Translations under genes and position numbers: made by a program
Source of the DNA: Phoronis australis
Taxonomy: Eukaryota; Animalia; Phoronida
Length of the DNA: 64,000 nt
Assembly: GCA_002633005.1 (NCBI GenBank)
Contig: NMRA01000010.1
Coordinates: forward strand, 923,252 to 987,251
Reading direction: 5' to 3'
Shown: one piece after another, positions 1-13,300 of the stretch
How the letters are laid out: every line of letters begins with the position of its first letter
Numbering within the stretch: position 1 is the stretch's first letter
Notes under the pieces: generated by a model
The model's database searches: none
What the model saw: the letters and a program-made list of their open reading frames with translations, nothing else
Told to the model about the DNA's origin: nothing

Positions 1-1038
1 TCGTTTTTCTATCCTAGTGCTCCTAGGCTGCCCCCTATGGGTCAGTTAGCGGTGAGACTTGTGAGCTGGTTGGACGGGGAGCCATCTGTTTTTCAGACAA
101 ACCACCTGATACCTGGGCATATGGACATTGGTGGAGGCGGCGAAAAAGTTCTTAGAGTCAGCCCAGGTTGGTACATTTACAATTCACGACAAGAATCATT
201 GATTAACAAAAACCTGGCGATTGTGTCGCTCACCGTTGCTTCATTGTACTTCACCTGAGAGAAAAACACAACTCAGTTTAATAGATGGTCACTACGTCCT
301 CACTGTGCCATCTGCTGGATCACGTGGCTCATGACGGGTGGGTGTGCTATCCCCACAAACATCTAGCCATCCATCCAAGCATATTATATATACATGAATG
401 TGTGTTTGTGCGTGTATGCGTACGTGTGCCTGTGTGTAGTCGCTCACCAGGAAGAGCTTGCCAATTCCCGTCTCCAACCCCTGACTCATCTCTTCCATGT
501 TTATATGCAAGTTCACATGGAATTTGCCGCGGCTTTTCTACAAAGTGACCTACACAGTACATGCGAATGACATCATCAGTGTCCTTTTGAAATGGATTTG
601 TATATGCTGTGTAAATGACCGTGCAAGGAGCATATACTGCTAACAGTGTAATTAATATTTATTAGAAATAGATAATTATTTGTGATTGGTTGCTTACACG
701 CTGGCATTAAAGGACATAAGAAAACTTAGTTGACCCTACACTGTAATTTATTACAAAAGATTTTTTATTTTGTGAATTCTCCTATCAACACAATGATATG
801 AATGCATATGAATGGTGTGATATGAGAGACATGACTGGCATAATTTATCATGCGGGGGTTATCACCTATCATGATGATTTATGACGTATTGTGATCAAAG
901 AGAATGTCTGAGCACAGTGACTGATCATCATTTGTTATCAAACTGACTATATGTATCAACAAAAAATTGTGTTTTTTGATTTTCGAGATATCAAACTCCA
1001 TTCAAATTCTGTCTTCTTAAAAATTTTGAATCTTCCAG

Positions 1039-1277
1039 GTACCTTGTCTGTCGACTGCAATGTATCCGAGTGGAGTGCCTGGTCGCTGTGCTCCAAAACA
1101 TGCGGTTTTGGACAAAAGAGTCGTCAACGCGCGATAGTAGCGCCCCCGGAAAATGGCGGCGCCTCTTGCCCTTTGCTTAGACAAGAACAACTTTGCGGAA
1201 GCATGCGAAATTGTCGATGGAGGCATTTTGACTTCAGTCGAATAGGCTTAAAGTTGAATCGATTAGGTTCTCCTTAA
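1039..1277 (+). CDS. Terminal exon of a spondin-type thrombospondin type-1 repeat (TSR) protein; upstream exons not firmly identified
   Basis: tcttccag acceptor (phase 1); [26 protein letters not shown]...ENGGASCP...C is the F-spondin-type TSR pattern (WxxW, CSxTCG, RxR, GGxxCP); TAA at 1275-1277. Confidence 0.85.
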
Positions 1278-1824
1278 TCATGTATTTACAACCACGGGCC
1301 AGGTTCTAATCTCCGAACTCCGACTTGATTCAAACTAGACTGTGCCAACTAGTAAAAGTATTTATTTTCTGAAAGGAGAAAGACCAGCGAATATAAAAAT
1401 ACTCTTGATACTTACGTGTCATTGTTATTATAACGTGACCATCTTGTTTAAGTCAGATTTTCACTTTTTAAAAAAGGTACATTCAGAGCACAACAACACT
1501 CACTTGGTCGATTTTTACGAAACCTTCTTCAAATGAAAACTTGACCGATTTCTCTCAAAAGGCTCTTAGGAATTTTTGATTATTCAGTTAGTTTAATTTA
1601 TGCGCCAAATTCACTCGCAAAATGTACGGCGGTCGTGTTTGTCGATGGCACGGTACAATCAGACTAGGCGTTTAAAAAATCCTAACAACCTTTTTGAGAT
1701 AGATAAATAAACAAAAACACAAAATTGCACTGTTGTAGGGCGACTGATTTTGGCTAATGTTGAAACTCAGTTGTTCAAGAGGATGAAAAGATAGTCAAAA
1801 CATTTTATGTTTAACTTACCTGTA

Positions 1825-2879
1825 TCACACCTAAATTGTCATTGTTGAAAGCGACAAAAACTCTTTATTGTCAAGCAAATACAGCTGCATCACGTGTTTT
1901 GAAACCACAGTGCAGATGTCGCGATATGCCCCCCCATCACTTGCCTTTCAGTTATTTGATAAACTGGTGTACCCAACATTGTGTTAGGGTGCCGAGATTT
2001 GGGGTTTTAAAGAATACGAGTGTTTGGAAAAAAATTCATTTAAAATTCTTTAATGGACCCTGGGACTTGGCAGCTCTTGCTCTAACGCTGCAGTATTGTG
2101 TGAATGTGGCAGATACCCTATGTTTACAAGACACTATTTTAGCTGTATTAAATACTGGTTTAAAATTTTAAATATGCCACAGGATCGTTATCCAAGGGCC
2201 GATTACAATATGTACAGACTAGATGAAAATGGTAGACATGTTTATAACTGGACAAGCTCAGTTCGCAATTTATTCTCAATGTGTAGTTTCTATGATGTTT
2301 GGGTAACCATGTAATCGCTTGTCAAGAGTCGTTTGTAAATATTTTCTCACAACGGGTTAAGGACTGTGCTTTGCAAAGATAGCAGTCCCATGTTGATTCC
2401 AATTCTAAATTAAACCATTACAAAAAATTTAAGATTGTATTTAAATATAAAAAATATTTATAAATTGGAAATCTTCCAAGAGTGTTCCTGTAAAGTTTTA
2501 CACGTTTTCGATGTGTAAACCACAGACTGACAGTAGAAACTGGTCGTCCCGTAAATGTGATATATCAAGACAGAGTGTGTACATTATGCTCGAGAAATTG
2601 TGTCGAGGATGAATATCACTTTTTGTTAGTTTGCGACGCTTTCTTCGAAATCAAGAGTCAAGTTTATAAGTGAGAGCCTCTGGAAAACAACTCTTTGTTT
2701 ATATTTCATAGACTATTACGTAATCCCGATATCTAACTTGTGAAATATGTATACTACGCATCTACAAACGGAACAGTTTGTGTATTACTGACTAGTGTGC
2801 ATAGCACTCCAATGATCTTGTTTCCTTGTTTGTTGTACTTTGGGCCGATGGCCACGTGTACAAATAAAGGAAGAAGAAG
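1825..2879 (+). mobile_element. 5'-truncated, degenerate non-LTR retrotransposon (RT thumb plus C-terminal zinc-knuckle region; RTE-X-like, clade uncertain)
   Basis: Broken frames read LFDKLVYPTLC*GAEIWGF, CIKYWFKIL, RFRCVNHRLTVETGR, RVCTLC...VEDEYHFLLVC; 3' end AATAAA-GGAAGAAGAAG; flanked by a 21-bp direct repeat (1804-1824 / 2880-2900, 1 mismatch). Confidence 0.85.
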
Positions 2880-3287
2880 TTTATGTTTAATTTACCTGTA
2901 ATGACCCTATATTCACGCAAATGATCACCTCACCAGGTTTTTAATAGTGTCGCTTTAAAACCGATTTCAGTTAAGCCAACCACTGTAAAGACGTCTTGCG
3001 TATTTTCAATCGAACCCATACGTAGGATATCTCTATAAGTAAACGACGTGTTCTCCAATTGTCTCCCTCTTTGGGTATCGAAAGAAAACGAAATGTTTCC
3101 TATGCGAAAAAAAATCAAAACTAGAACATTTGCTCCTACAAAACGGGTCTCGCAATTTTCATCGCCATGAAAAAGCAAGTTATTCCCGTTACCACGAAAA
3201 ACATCCAGAACATTTTGGAATTAAAAATGAGCCTTTTGGTGTTAAAAAACACACAAAAACCCAACCCACAGAATGTGAACGCCTTAA

Positions 3288-5353
3288 AGTCCTGGCCTCA
3301 CACGTTGTTGTTACATGTTTAGATGATGTTATAAGGATCCAAGAAGTACCTACCCCATAACTAATACACAATCCGTACTCGAATGAAGCTTAATTAAATA
3401 AATGCGCCACTCACGATTCGCACCCGAAGAACACACCGCCAGTTTGAACTTACCGCGAACCCAGAAGTACAATTCATTCAGGAACCCAAGCTAAGAAAAC
3501 GCCGTCAGTGCGACTGGAGCAGTGCCTTTTACCAGCCTNCGAGGTTTATTTAGAACTTGGGGTCTTCTGGCGAACTGTGCAAAGTTGTTGGCTTTCAACA
3601 GAGATTTGCCCAGACTTTGCATGAGCACACGAGGCCTAAAAATGGGGAGGGGCTGGAATTTTTGGGAATGTCTACCTTTTACTATAAGATTCACTGGGTA
3701 TGTTAAGAGCTATGTATTGCAGACGCTAAATTTTGGTACTTCCTATCTTCTAGTGCACTTTTGTCTCGTTTTCTGCTTTTTTCGGAGTTCGTGCTTCTCT
3801 GACTGAGGCAAACCTTTTTCCATTTCTCCAAATAGGAGGCTCATTCCAGCACATAAGTATGACAAGTCCAGTACAAAATGTTATAATTTTTTATTCATTA
3901 AGCCAAAATGATTCAACCTTCTACCATAATAAGTAACTTAAAATGCACAATACTTTACAACATTTAAGCATTACAAACACTATTCAACAGCACAAGTTTC
4001 CAAGATATGAAAGTGGACATACATGTATTTATTACCATGGTGACCGAATAGTGTTTCCTTACAGCAGAATTTGACAAGCCTGATTTAAAAATATGAAGTT
4101 GCAAGGAACAAGAATTGAAGGCTTGAAGCTTCACAATCCAACACAGCTTATCTCTCTAATTAAGATTATTCATATTGTTGGCTTGATAATCTGAATTAAG
4201 AATTTTAAGCAATAAGTAACAAAACATGACTTGAAAGCAATTTAGACTTAAGTTTAGAAAAGTGTGAATCATTTTGTGACACCTAATCAAGCCTTGAACA
4301 GCAATTGACAGCCAAACAAAAAACATTTCAAAATTATTTCAACTATTTTTTAGCTTGTTGTAAGGTCACATGAATGGGAAATTCACAGTAAAATAATTCG
4401 AATATATCTTTTGCACAAAAACACGAAAACTGAACAAAGTTCCTTTTTTGTAGCAACGTTTGTCAACATGTATCAATGTTAAATCTTCACAAATTACAAA
4501 GTAACAGGTTGAACATGCCTTCCAGTTCAGCAAAAGTCGCCATGTTGTCGATGCCGCCAACGGGAATTGTAAGCACATTTATCACTTAAGAAGTCACAAC
4601 TGCGAAACTGAAACTTGGTGAAAACTTGAATCGTGCAGAATTGTAAGTAAAGATATATATCACGAAACTGCACCATAAATTATTGGCTAAAACAATTCAG
4701 AAAGTTTTAAACTCGTAACTAATCCCGCTGTCCTCCAATATCCAAACAAAGAGACCCAAATTTCGCCACAAAAATGCAGTAACTTTACACTGCTTGCCTC
4801 GATTTTGATACATTTTCGATATTTACTGAGTACAATGCACTATCTTTCCGATGATAGCAAAGTACGTTCTCAAAACAAAAAAATATTCAAAACGAAAAAA
4901 ATTTGGTTCGACTCATATTGGTTCGACCGCCAGACATAACAGGAACACCAATGCTATTTTAACATAATAAACAAAAGTACACGTAACATTCCAAAAAAGA
5001 AAATTCAAGGACCACTAACTACAAACTATAAATACACTACACACACAAACGAATCACGAATCAAATAAAACAAAATAATGAAGACTATTCGATCAAGCGA
5101 CAGCGCATTCAGTGACAAGGAAAAAATGGCGGCGTTCAGGACAAGTTCCTGAACTGACGAGCCGGAAATGTGGGTACGGAAATAATCGATGACTACCGGT
5201 AATTATACGCTCACAAAGAAGGGTCAAATACTGTTAAAAATCGCTTTTGGCAAGAATGGCGAAAAGAATATAACGAAAGGGTATCGAAAATAAATCTTAT
5301 TTAGTAAGTATTTTCGGATACCGGAACAACATTGGCATTTTGAGACAAGGACT
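3288..5353. mobile_element. Putative non-autonomous Kolobok-like DNA transposon (TTAA TSD)
   Basis: TTAA|AGTCCTGGCCTCA ... TGAGACAAGGACT|TTAA: 13-bp TIR with 2 mismatches and TTAA on both sides; an assembly N lies inside at 3539. Confidence 0.6.
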
Positions 5354-7251
5354 TTAATTAAATGATAAATTCGTTCTCATTTGTGATTAACTATTGAAAC
5401 CGATTCCATCAAGGTTATGATACAAGTTGAGACACGTTGAGCAGAAGGAGAAAAATGCCCATTCATTTCCTACAACCACAGTGTACAGCAGGTGTACTTT
5501 CAGCTTTGGACCAGAGGCTGGCCATAAAGGCGCCAGGGACAAAGCTCAAAGTGCACGCGCACTCATCAGATGCACACAGCAGTGCCTAAGCTCTTTCCAA
5601 TGCCTTCTCCTTCATGTACCCAAAAATAACGTTTCAACTGTCCAACTACATTTATAAAATACGTTATAACTACAGTGTATAATGTTATCGAATAGTTTGT
5701 TTTCTTCTGAAGTGGCCTCCCTTTTACTTTGAGGACCTCAGAGGCACGCACTTCGCGACCGATTAAAGTAAATCTGTCCTTTTTTGGAAACGTATGAAGA
5801 TTTTGTCGGAAATTCTTGATCCTAGCCTAGAGTGATCAAGAATAGTTTACCTTGACGACATAATGAAAGCTTGGTTAATAATGATCTCGTTTAGCTAGGC
5901 ATGCCGAACACTCAATGAACCTCTCAACACTAAGTTAATTCTAAACCATGGCCTGTGGTCCGCCCACTCTTGTCTTGGTAGATATCCGCACAACTCCTGA
6001 AGTACTGACATGATCAAATTATTTCCTCAGGTGAAAATTCTTACCTGCGTGGATATTAATTACGAAGACACAATGATACAGCAAGGTAAACAACCTGGAG
6101 ATTTTGATAACGATAATAAACCTCGCAATGCAAAATCGCGTCAGATTTCACTTGTTTGCTCTCCAGGAACCGCATCTGGATACGAGGAAGCTTTGTCTCA
6201 AATCTGAGCTGCTGCCGATTTACAAAACTGTGCGTTACTGATTCATCGACTGCTGGGATAGAGTTCCAATTTTTTTAACCTTCCCCCATAAACATATATA
6301 ACGGTGCTTCGAAAGAAGATATTTTTTAAGTCAATAAGCGATTGTATGAATAAAAAGCCTTAGGTACTATACAAGAAATGTGAAATAATGCCACAAATGG
6401 GTTATTGTGTGAACGGCATACGTGTGAGATTATTTTACACTAGTTGAAAACGCCCACGGCAAACAAAATATCAGAAAAATCCAAAGCTAACATGGCATTG
6501 CCGACTATCATTTTTTTGGGCGCGGTTCGCTTTTCTTATCGTTTGTCAACAAATGTCGTCATTACGCAGATAAACTTTATTAAAGCTGTTGCTAGTCTGG
6601 GCGCAATCGGACAGGTACTGCATACAATAACAGGTCGTGCCCTCCTTGACAGTGACGATTAGGAAGGGTATTTAACGTTGCGCATAACGAGCAAGGGCTC
6701 TTTTAAAGGTGATCCCGACATCCAGAGGTAGGTCACCTAACAACACCTGTATAAAAGTTCAAGTAAATTGTCACAACATTGTAACTTAGGGTGCATTCCA
6801 TTAATTTAATCTGATTTAGATATTTAATTGAACACACATTTTTGATTTTCATACAACGCTTTATTAATGTGTGCTTAAATTAATTTATACGTAAATTGTT
6901 ACATTGTTAGACGTAACTTAACTATAAGGAAATAGCATAACATGTTCAACTAAATAGCAATGTACCGTTTTGCATGAAAAAATAATTGCAATTGCTCTGG
7001 TCATAAATGCGACGTGCAAGTAAGTTTTACAGTGACATGGACTACTTTTGTTAGATCATGGTGTGTACGTTTTAGGATAATGTTGACATTTAAGAGACTT
7101 TTGTGATAGTTGCATTCATTCACTCAATGTTTACGAAAGTATTGTTATGTCGTACTCAGTAGTATCGATTCATCAAGTATTCTCTACTTTTCAAATATTT
7201 TGAGATGTATAACACTGATCAAAATGCAATTATTTATTTACACAGGTCACC

Positions 7252-7321
7252 ATGGACACGGAACGGAAAAGCTCATTTTTGAAAATTTTCATAGTGGCAA
7301 TTACAGTGTACACCATAAACG
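7252..7321 (+). CDS. Gene 2 coding exon 1: signal peptide
   Basis: cacag|gtcaccATGG Kozak context; MDTERKSSFLKIFIVAITVYTIN; g|gtaggt phase-1 donor. A probable non-coding exon ends at 6727 (ag|gtaggt). Confidence 0.75.
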
Positions 7322-10300
7322 GTAGGTCCGAGTGATACATGCACAAATATCACCAAACTGTTAAAACACTGGTCTTCAAGTTCACTGTCTGCACAGAAAT
7401 GGCTAAAATTTTATCAAGTAAAAGTCAAGTTCGTTTGTTATATACCTCGGTTTTATTTGGTGGTTCCAATTTTGAAATATCATACCAAACATTCATTCCA
7501 CAACACGTATTCGACGAACTCTTCAGAAAACTACTTGTCGATGACAAAATGTTCACGTTTTGAATAAGCACCAATAGTTCTTCCGGTTTTTGCAATGTCT
7601 ACAATCTAGTTTCCTCCCGATGGTAATTTAAAAGTTGCAGGCGCAACATTCCCGTGGGCAGACATTCGGATATGAAACTTTTAACCTCATAACATATGCA
7701 TGTAGCTGAACGTCAAAAGAAAGCCGTTTTTCGCAGAAATAGACAGCAGGGCCCGGGATCTAGTCTTTGCACACAAAACTCGACTCAAATAGTAACCAGT
7801 TGCCTCAACTAGACTTGCAAATCTGTAGGCCTACACAAACTATGGGACGTGATTGGTTAAGTTGCGAATCTAAGTTAGAGTCGAGTTCCACGATTAGACC
7901 CAGGTCCCAGAAATCATTTTGTCGTAACGTAACACCGATAGTTTGCGAACTTTTACTTTTAGCTGAGAAATGTGGAATCGATCCACTTGGTATGGCGTCC
8001 AGTGCCATCAAATCCTCCCAGATAAATGTTTCCTCGACTGCTCCAGGCAGCAATAAAGACTTTGCACGACTGGGATGCTGCACAGGTATGTATATATAAA
8101 AAATGATCTTCTGTGCAAGCGATTATTTGTTGGGATTATGTCGAACCTTAGATAAATGTCCAAATTTGGCTAACTTGGAACGCCATGCAGTGTATCTCAG
8201 TCAGAAATAGCAGAATTTCACTCACCTTTCATAGACTGTTCTCCAAAACTCTGTTACATTTTCCTTAAATATTCCATTTTTACATGGAGGGCTATCAAGA
8301 TTCGAACATTTGTGATTGTACGAAAAAAATCAAAGTGGCATAAGCGAAAAGTTATTTCTGAAAACTGTAGCTGCACTTTTGATATTTCATCACGAATGTT
8401 TATATCAACTGTAATTTAACCTTAATGATACCGATTTTTTACTATGAACGTACCTTTATTTTTTGTCAAAATTTAGTGTAAAGACACGGTCGCGCGGCAA
8501 ATATAACGAGGGAACAGTATAGAGTATAATCAAAGTCTACAGGCTTTCTAATTTCATTAAATCTATTCTCTTACCAAGTTAATCGTTACAGTTTAGAAGA
8601 CCACATTTACCAGACTAAACAATCACAAGTGTAAATCAATCTTTAGACATTTTCCCTAATTTCATTTCTCTTAAATTATTGATGTCCCCTAAAACGCAAG
8701 GATCTAGATTTTTGCAAGGGTTTTAATCAAGAAAATAGAAAACATGTATAACACATCTACTGATCTTGGTTCAATAAGCGGCCGTTATTTTGTGCTCGAG
8801 TTCGTTCTGATTTATGCGATGGCAATCTAGTCCTAGTTTGCACTTGATAAACCGAGCTTTAAATTTTGCTTTAAAGCGTGAACGCAAAGCTATAGTTCAT
8901 ACTCGAAATTTCAAGTTCACTCCGTGAGCTTGGTAACCTGATTCTAGGTGTCGCTTAACACGAACTCGGACTAGACACGCATCAACTCGAGCACAGAATA
9001 GCAGAATTTTATCGTTCGTTCCTATTAAAGTAGCAAGGAGATGTGAAAATTAATGTTCAGTCTGAAGATTAGACTTCAGGCTCAGAAGTTGATTTTTTGA
9101 AAGAAACGGATTAAGGTGATTTATCGCGCTAAAGAAAACACCGTCTATTTGCACACATACCGGAGCTAGGTACAGCGGCCGGAGTAAACAATACAGACCA
9201 CTCTGGCTGACAGTTAGGTGAACGCCCGTGTTTGAACAAGAGGCCTTGAATTTCTTTGGTGTCACAATCGGTGATTTGCCTAAAAATACTCATAAAGCTT
9301 GAAGATTATTTTGTGGCGAGTCAGCTGGCCGTAAGTCACCCGGAGACCATTGCACGAGGGCATTTTCCCCCTGCCGTGTGGCAAGATATATCTTGAAACA
9401 TTTGGTATTCGAAAAGTCTCCGCATTTTAAGGTGCACTTAAAACAATTGAGTTTGGTGGTTCCATTTCAATATAATCTCATTTAACAACAGATGGCACAA
9501 CATTCTTCCTCTTTATCCAATTTCAAGCTCAGAAATTGAAAAAGTGCACAAGATTAATTATATTTATTATCCTATTGATTTATGAAAAAATGAAACTTGT
9601 ACCACAAAAAATCTTCAACTTTACAGTTCAGATGGATATCCAACAGTGGTCGTTACTAAATCGCATTTTGATGATTAAAATCTGAAAACTCTTGATTTTT
9701 TTCTGTAACAGAAGTATGTCATTATTCTCTTCAATCTTATTTTGATGTATGCCATGGTCTCTTTCATTTTTATCACTGAAGTAAGCTAAATTTAAGAACT
9801 CTTCCGGAAAGGAAGACAGAATCCTTTCTAAAGACTCATGTTGGCCTTTTCGGAGCTCTAAAGGAAGATTTGGTTAAACAGTGTTATCACAACCAGTCAA
9901 CAACTTCTGTGAATACAACATAACCAAACTTGCAAAATGTTTTCATTGAATTTAACATTGCAAGAATAAAAATACATTTCAACTTCACATGCGCGCACCC
10001 AGCCTGAAATATAAGAAGGCTCGAAGTTATCGGTGTGCGGACCTTTCAGTGAAAGAAATCAACGAGGACTAAAAAAAAAAAACGTGGTCACTAGGTTCAG
10101 GCCCACGAATTGTGCCTCCGCTTAGATTTCCCGTGGGATTTCGTGGACTTTTGTCTCGTGTTCCAGGGCTTTTTGTGTCACCGACGCGAACCTTTTTGCC
10201 CAATTCGCAAAATTTGAGGGCTCTTTTCCTTGACCATAGCTGTATTTCTCGGTACCTATATTATCGTTCCTCACAGTTCCTAAACAATTCTACTATTATT

Positions 10301-13300
10301 TTCCATGTCCACTTTCCCCTTTCTTTAAGCTCTCCTGTCCCAACGTTCCCCAATCTCAAAATTACTGGGCCGTACGTAATGTTCGATCATTCCGATTCCT
10401 TCGTCGCCGGCTTGGTTCTTGTTCCGTTATATGATTTGAGTGCCATTTTTTACATCGGAGGGTCAGAAGGTTTTTTGCTACTTGTTGCAAACGTTTGCGT
10501 CCACCATAAAGCGTGTGTTCTGACCATAAAAAATATCTACTTCTGAGAAGCAATTGATATACAAGTAGAATATCCAAATATGTGGAGGTTAGATTTGGAG
10601 ACAGACACCACATTGGTGGTCTTCTCAATCTCAAGAAGATCAGGTATGAATCCATGGCCTTATATAAAAGCCGAAATGTGTCAAGACAAAATAAGGGAGG
10701 GCACAAGCTCCTCCGTCAGACAAACTCCATTCTCATTGAAAAGTGTCCCACATTTCCACTAATTTCAACCTTCCCTCTTGAAAGGTGTCAGTTTGGGGTA
10801 CATGGGCTTACGCACCTGATGCACTCCAAGAAGTCGCGCAGAAATTAATTTCTTTAACGAGTACAGGAATTATCCGACTTGGGGAAAATGGGTTTCGAGG
10901 ACGGGAGGCATTGTGACCTACTGGGGTAAGTGTCCACTTCCTTTACTCAAGGTCGTGGGTTAGAGTCCCACTGAGGCACACTGATAGACTCTTGAGTCAG
11001 GCCACTAGCTCCTCGATTTTAATTCTATATTAATAAAGCATGAAGGTGTTTGCAGGAGATCAGTGGAGTTGTCCCCCCTGAGTGGCCTGCGCTCGTATGG
11101 CACAAAGTATATCAGACCTCCTGCAATAATTTTTTTTCAAATTGGTTTCGGGAAGCGCCCGGGGGGAAGGGACATGACGGAACATCAAAAGGGGCCGTAT
11201 CATTAGGCTGAGGGAACATGATCTTCTGAAAGCAGTGAGATGGGAAGAAAAAGAGGCAGGAAATATTAAGACGACCTTTTTCACTGAGTGTTGGCAATTC
11301 AATCAGCTTTATTTTCAGAAAATATATGTTCCTTTAAAACAAAGCCAAATCATGATGAACCCAAGCACTCTGAGTCTTGACATACCTTTTTTTAATTGGT
11401 CATAACCACAAGCGTTAGTTGTTATCTGATTTGGTAAAACAGAAAGACGGTTTTTGTTGGAAATTTTAGGTTTCATTTCAATGCTGGTAAGTAAAAAATG
11501 CTCACAATTCACCAAATAATATTTAATAAACTATGTGGTCGATAGTATTCAAGATTTGTAGACAAAACAGAGAATCTTTATCGCCTTTTTAAGAAAATTG
11601 AATGATTTTTAGAAAAAAAAAAACAAAAAACAATTACTTGCCAGTTACACCTATGGAAGACTTGTAAATGTGTTATCAAATTCATAGGCGACAGCCAGTT
11701 TGGTAACACAGTTAATTCTGTACAAATCATCAAAAAACGTGCTCAACTTTTGAACATCTTTACACTGTTGTTCACACTTTGAAATAGCTTTGAAAAACAT
11801 TTACCGTACCACAAAAGTTTATTCCGACACGTCCTTTTTGGAAAAACAAATGTTTTTTCAGCTTACGCTAAACATTGGCCAGCTCGGGACAGTCTCCTAA
11901 TTTTGAGGCAGCAAAATCTGAGCTAAATTGAATTTTATTTTTTTTTGTGAAATTTTGAGCACGGGCGATTTTTGCCTTTTTATATGTCTCAAATTTCAAA
12001 CTACTTTTTTTCATAATATTTTCAGAAAATAGGTTTGAAAGTTCATAAAGAGCAGTATCGGTCACTTAAACATTAGTAAAATCTCCCGCCAGTGCCTTTG
12101 AGTTTTTGATGTCCATGTGAGCTGACACTTCTAAATTAGGGCCGAGCTCGGACCTCAAGCAAAATAATTTTTCTTTGTCCGAAACAAGAGGTTTATAACC
12201 ATAATTCCCAATTTTTCTTCAAGTAAGGTACTTATTAGTCAATGTTTTAAAGTTGGAAAAGTTTTCATATTTCCTTTTCTTTATGTGGCTACCTGCAAGT
12301 TGTAACCTATATCGTTTTTTGCTAAATGATAAAGTCTGTAGGCAACTCATGCCTCTTGTTTGAGCACTGTTTAACGGAACTGACAACTTCCTTCGTTTTC
12401 TACTACAAGTAGGCTACTGCGACCAGCATTAACCTAATGTTTCTTTGATCAGCTTGATATTAACCTAATGTTTCTTTGATCAGCTTGATCGTTATCCCTT
12501 GTTTAAAAGGTGACTTATCGAGCCACCAGATAACTTTTTAACACTCACTGTTTGTGATATATCAGTTATGTTTTGTCGCAAAAACTTAAACACTTTTCAG
12601 CAATGAGGATATCGTTGCACTCAAATTCGATCCACTTGTTAGTACACTTGTTGACTCACAAGAGTCGAGGTCATGTCTTTAGATTCCCAAAGTCTGAATT
12701 TTGAGCAGAATCCTAGATCAGAATGTAACAAGGGGCAGAAAGCTTGACACTATATTGCTGGCTCAAAACCCCTGTTTGGTTTGAAAAGCACAACACGATT
12801 CAGGGAGCAGACAGCTTAGAAATGGCACGGACACAATATCTGGAGAAGAATTTCATCCAAAGTTTCCGTTAACCCCTGAAGTAGCCAAGGACGTGAAAGA
12901 TAGGAGGGCTGGGACTATGACGTATTATGCAAGAGAGTGTGTTTTCATCTTGTTAGTGGAGTTTTGGAAAACAACCGTTTGCAAAGTTAAGACCTATCGT
13001 AGAATACCCTTAACCAAAGGTGCCAAAGGCAGCGTGATGGTGTCACGGTGACTTTGGTTTGATAAAATGTTTAACACCTAAACTACAAGATATGGTTGAG
13101 CATAAATAATGACCTGCAATTTATGAGCTTGCTTTCATAATATTTCCAATTAACCGCCCAAAGTAAACATCATAGTTTACATGAATCTGATAACGTTCTT
13201 TTGGGGTTTGTAGTTATCAGTGTCGCATAATTGTGGGGGGTTGTCACCGTCCGCCCAGTCACCGTGACATATGAAGTAATCAGTATGATAATGTGTGCCC

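Noticed and set aside
10112-10848. Cluster of overlapping 60-144 aa ORFs in intron 2
   Set aside because: No recognisable domain or splice fit; the exons at 8085 and 13866 already join in phase within one F5/8C domain
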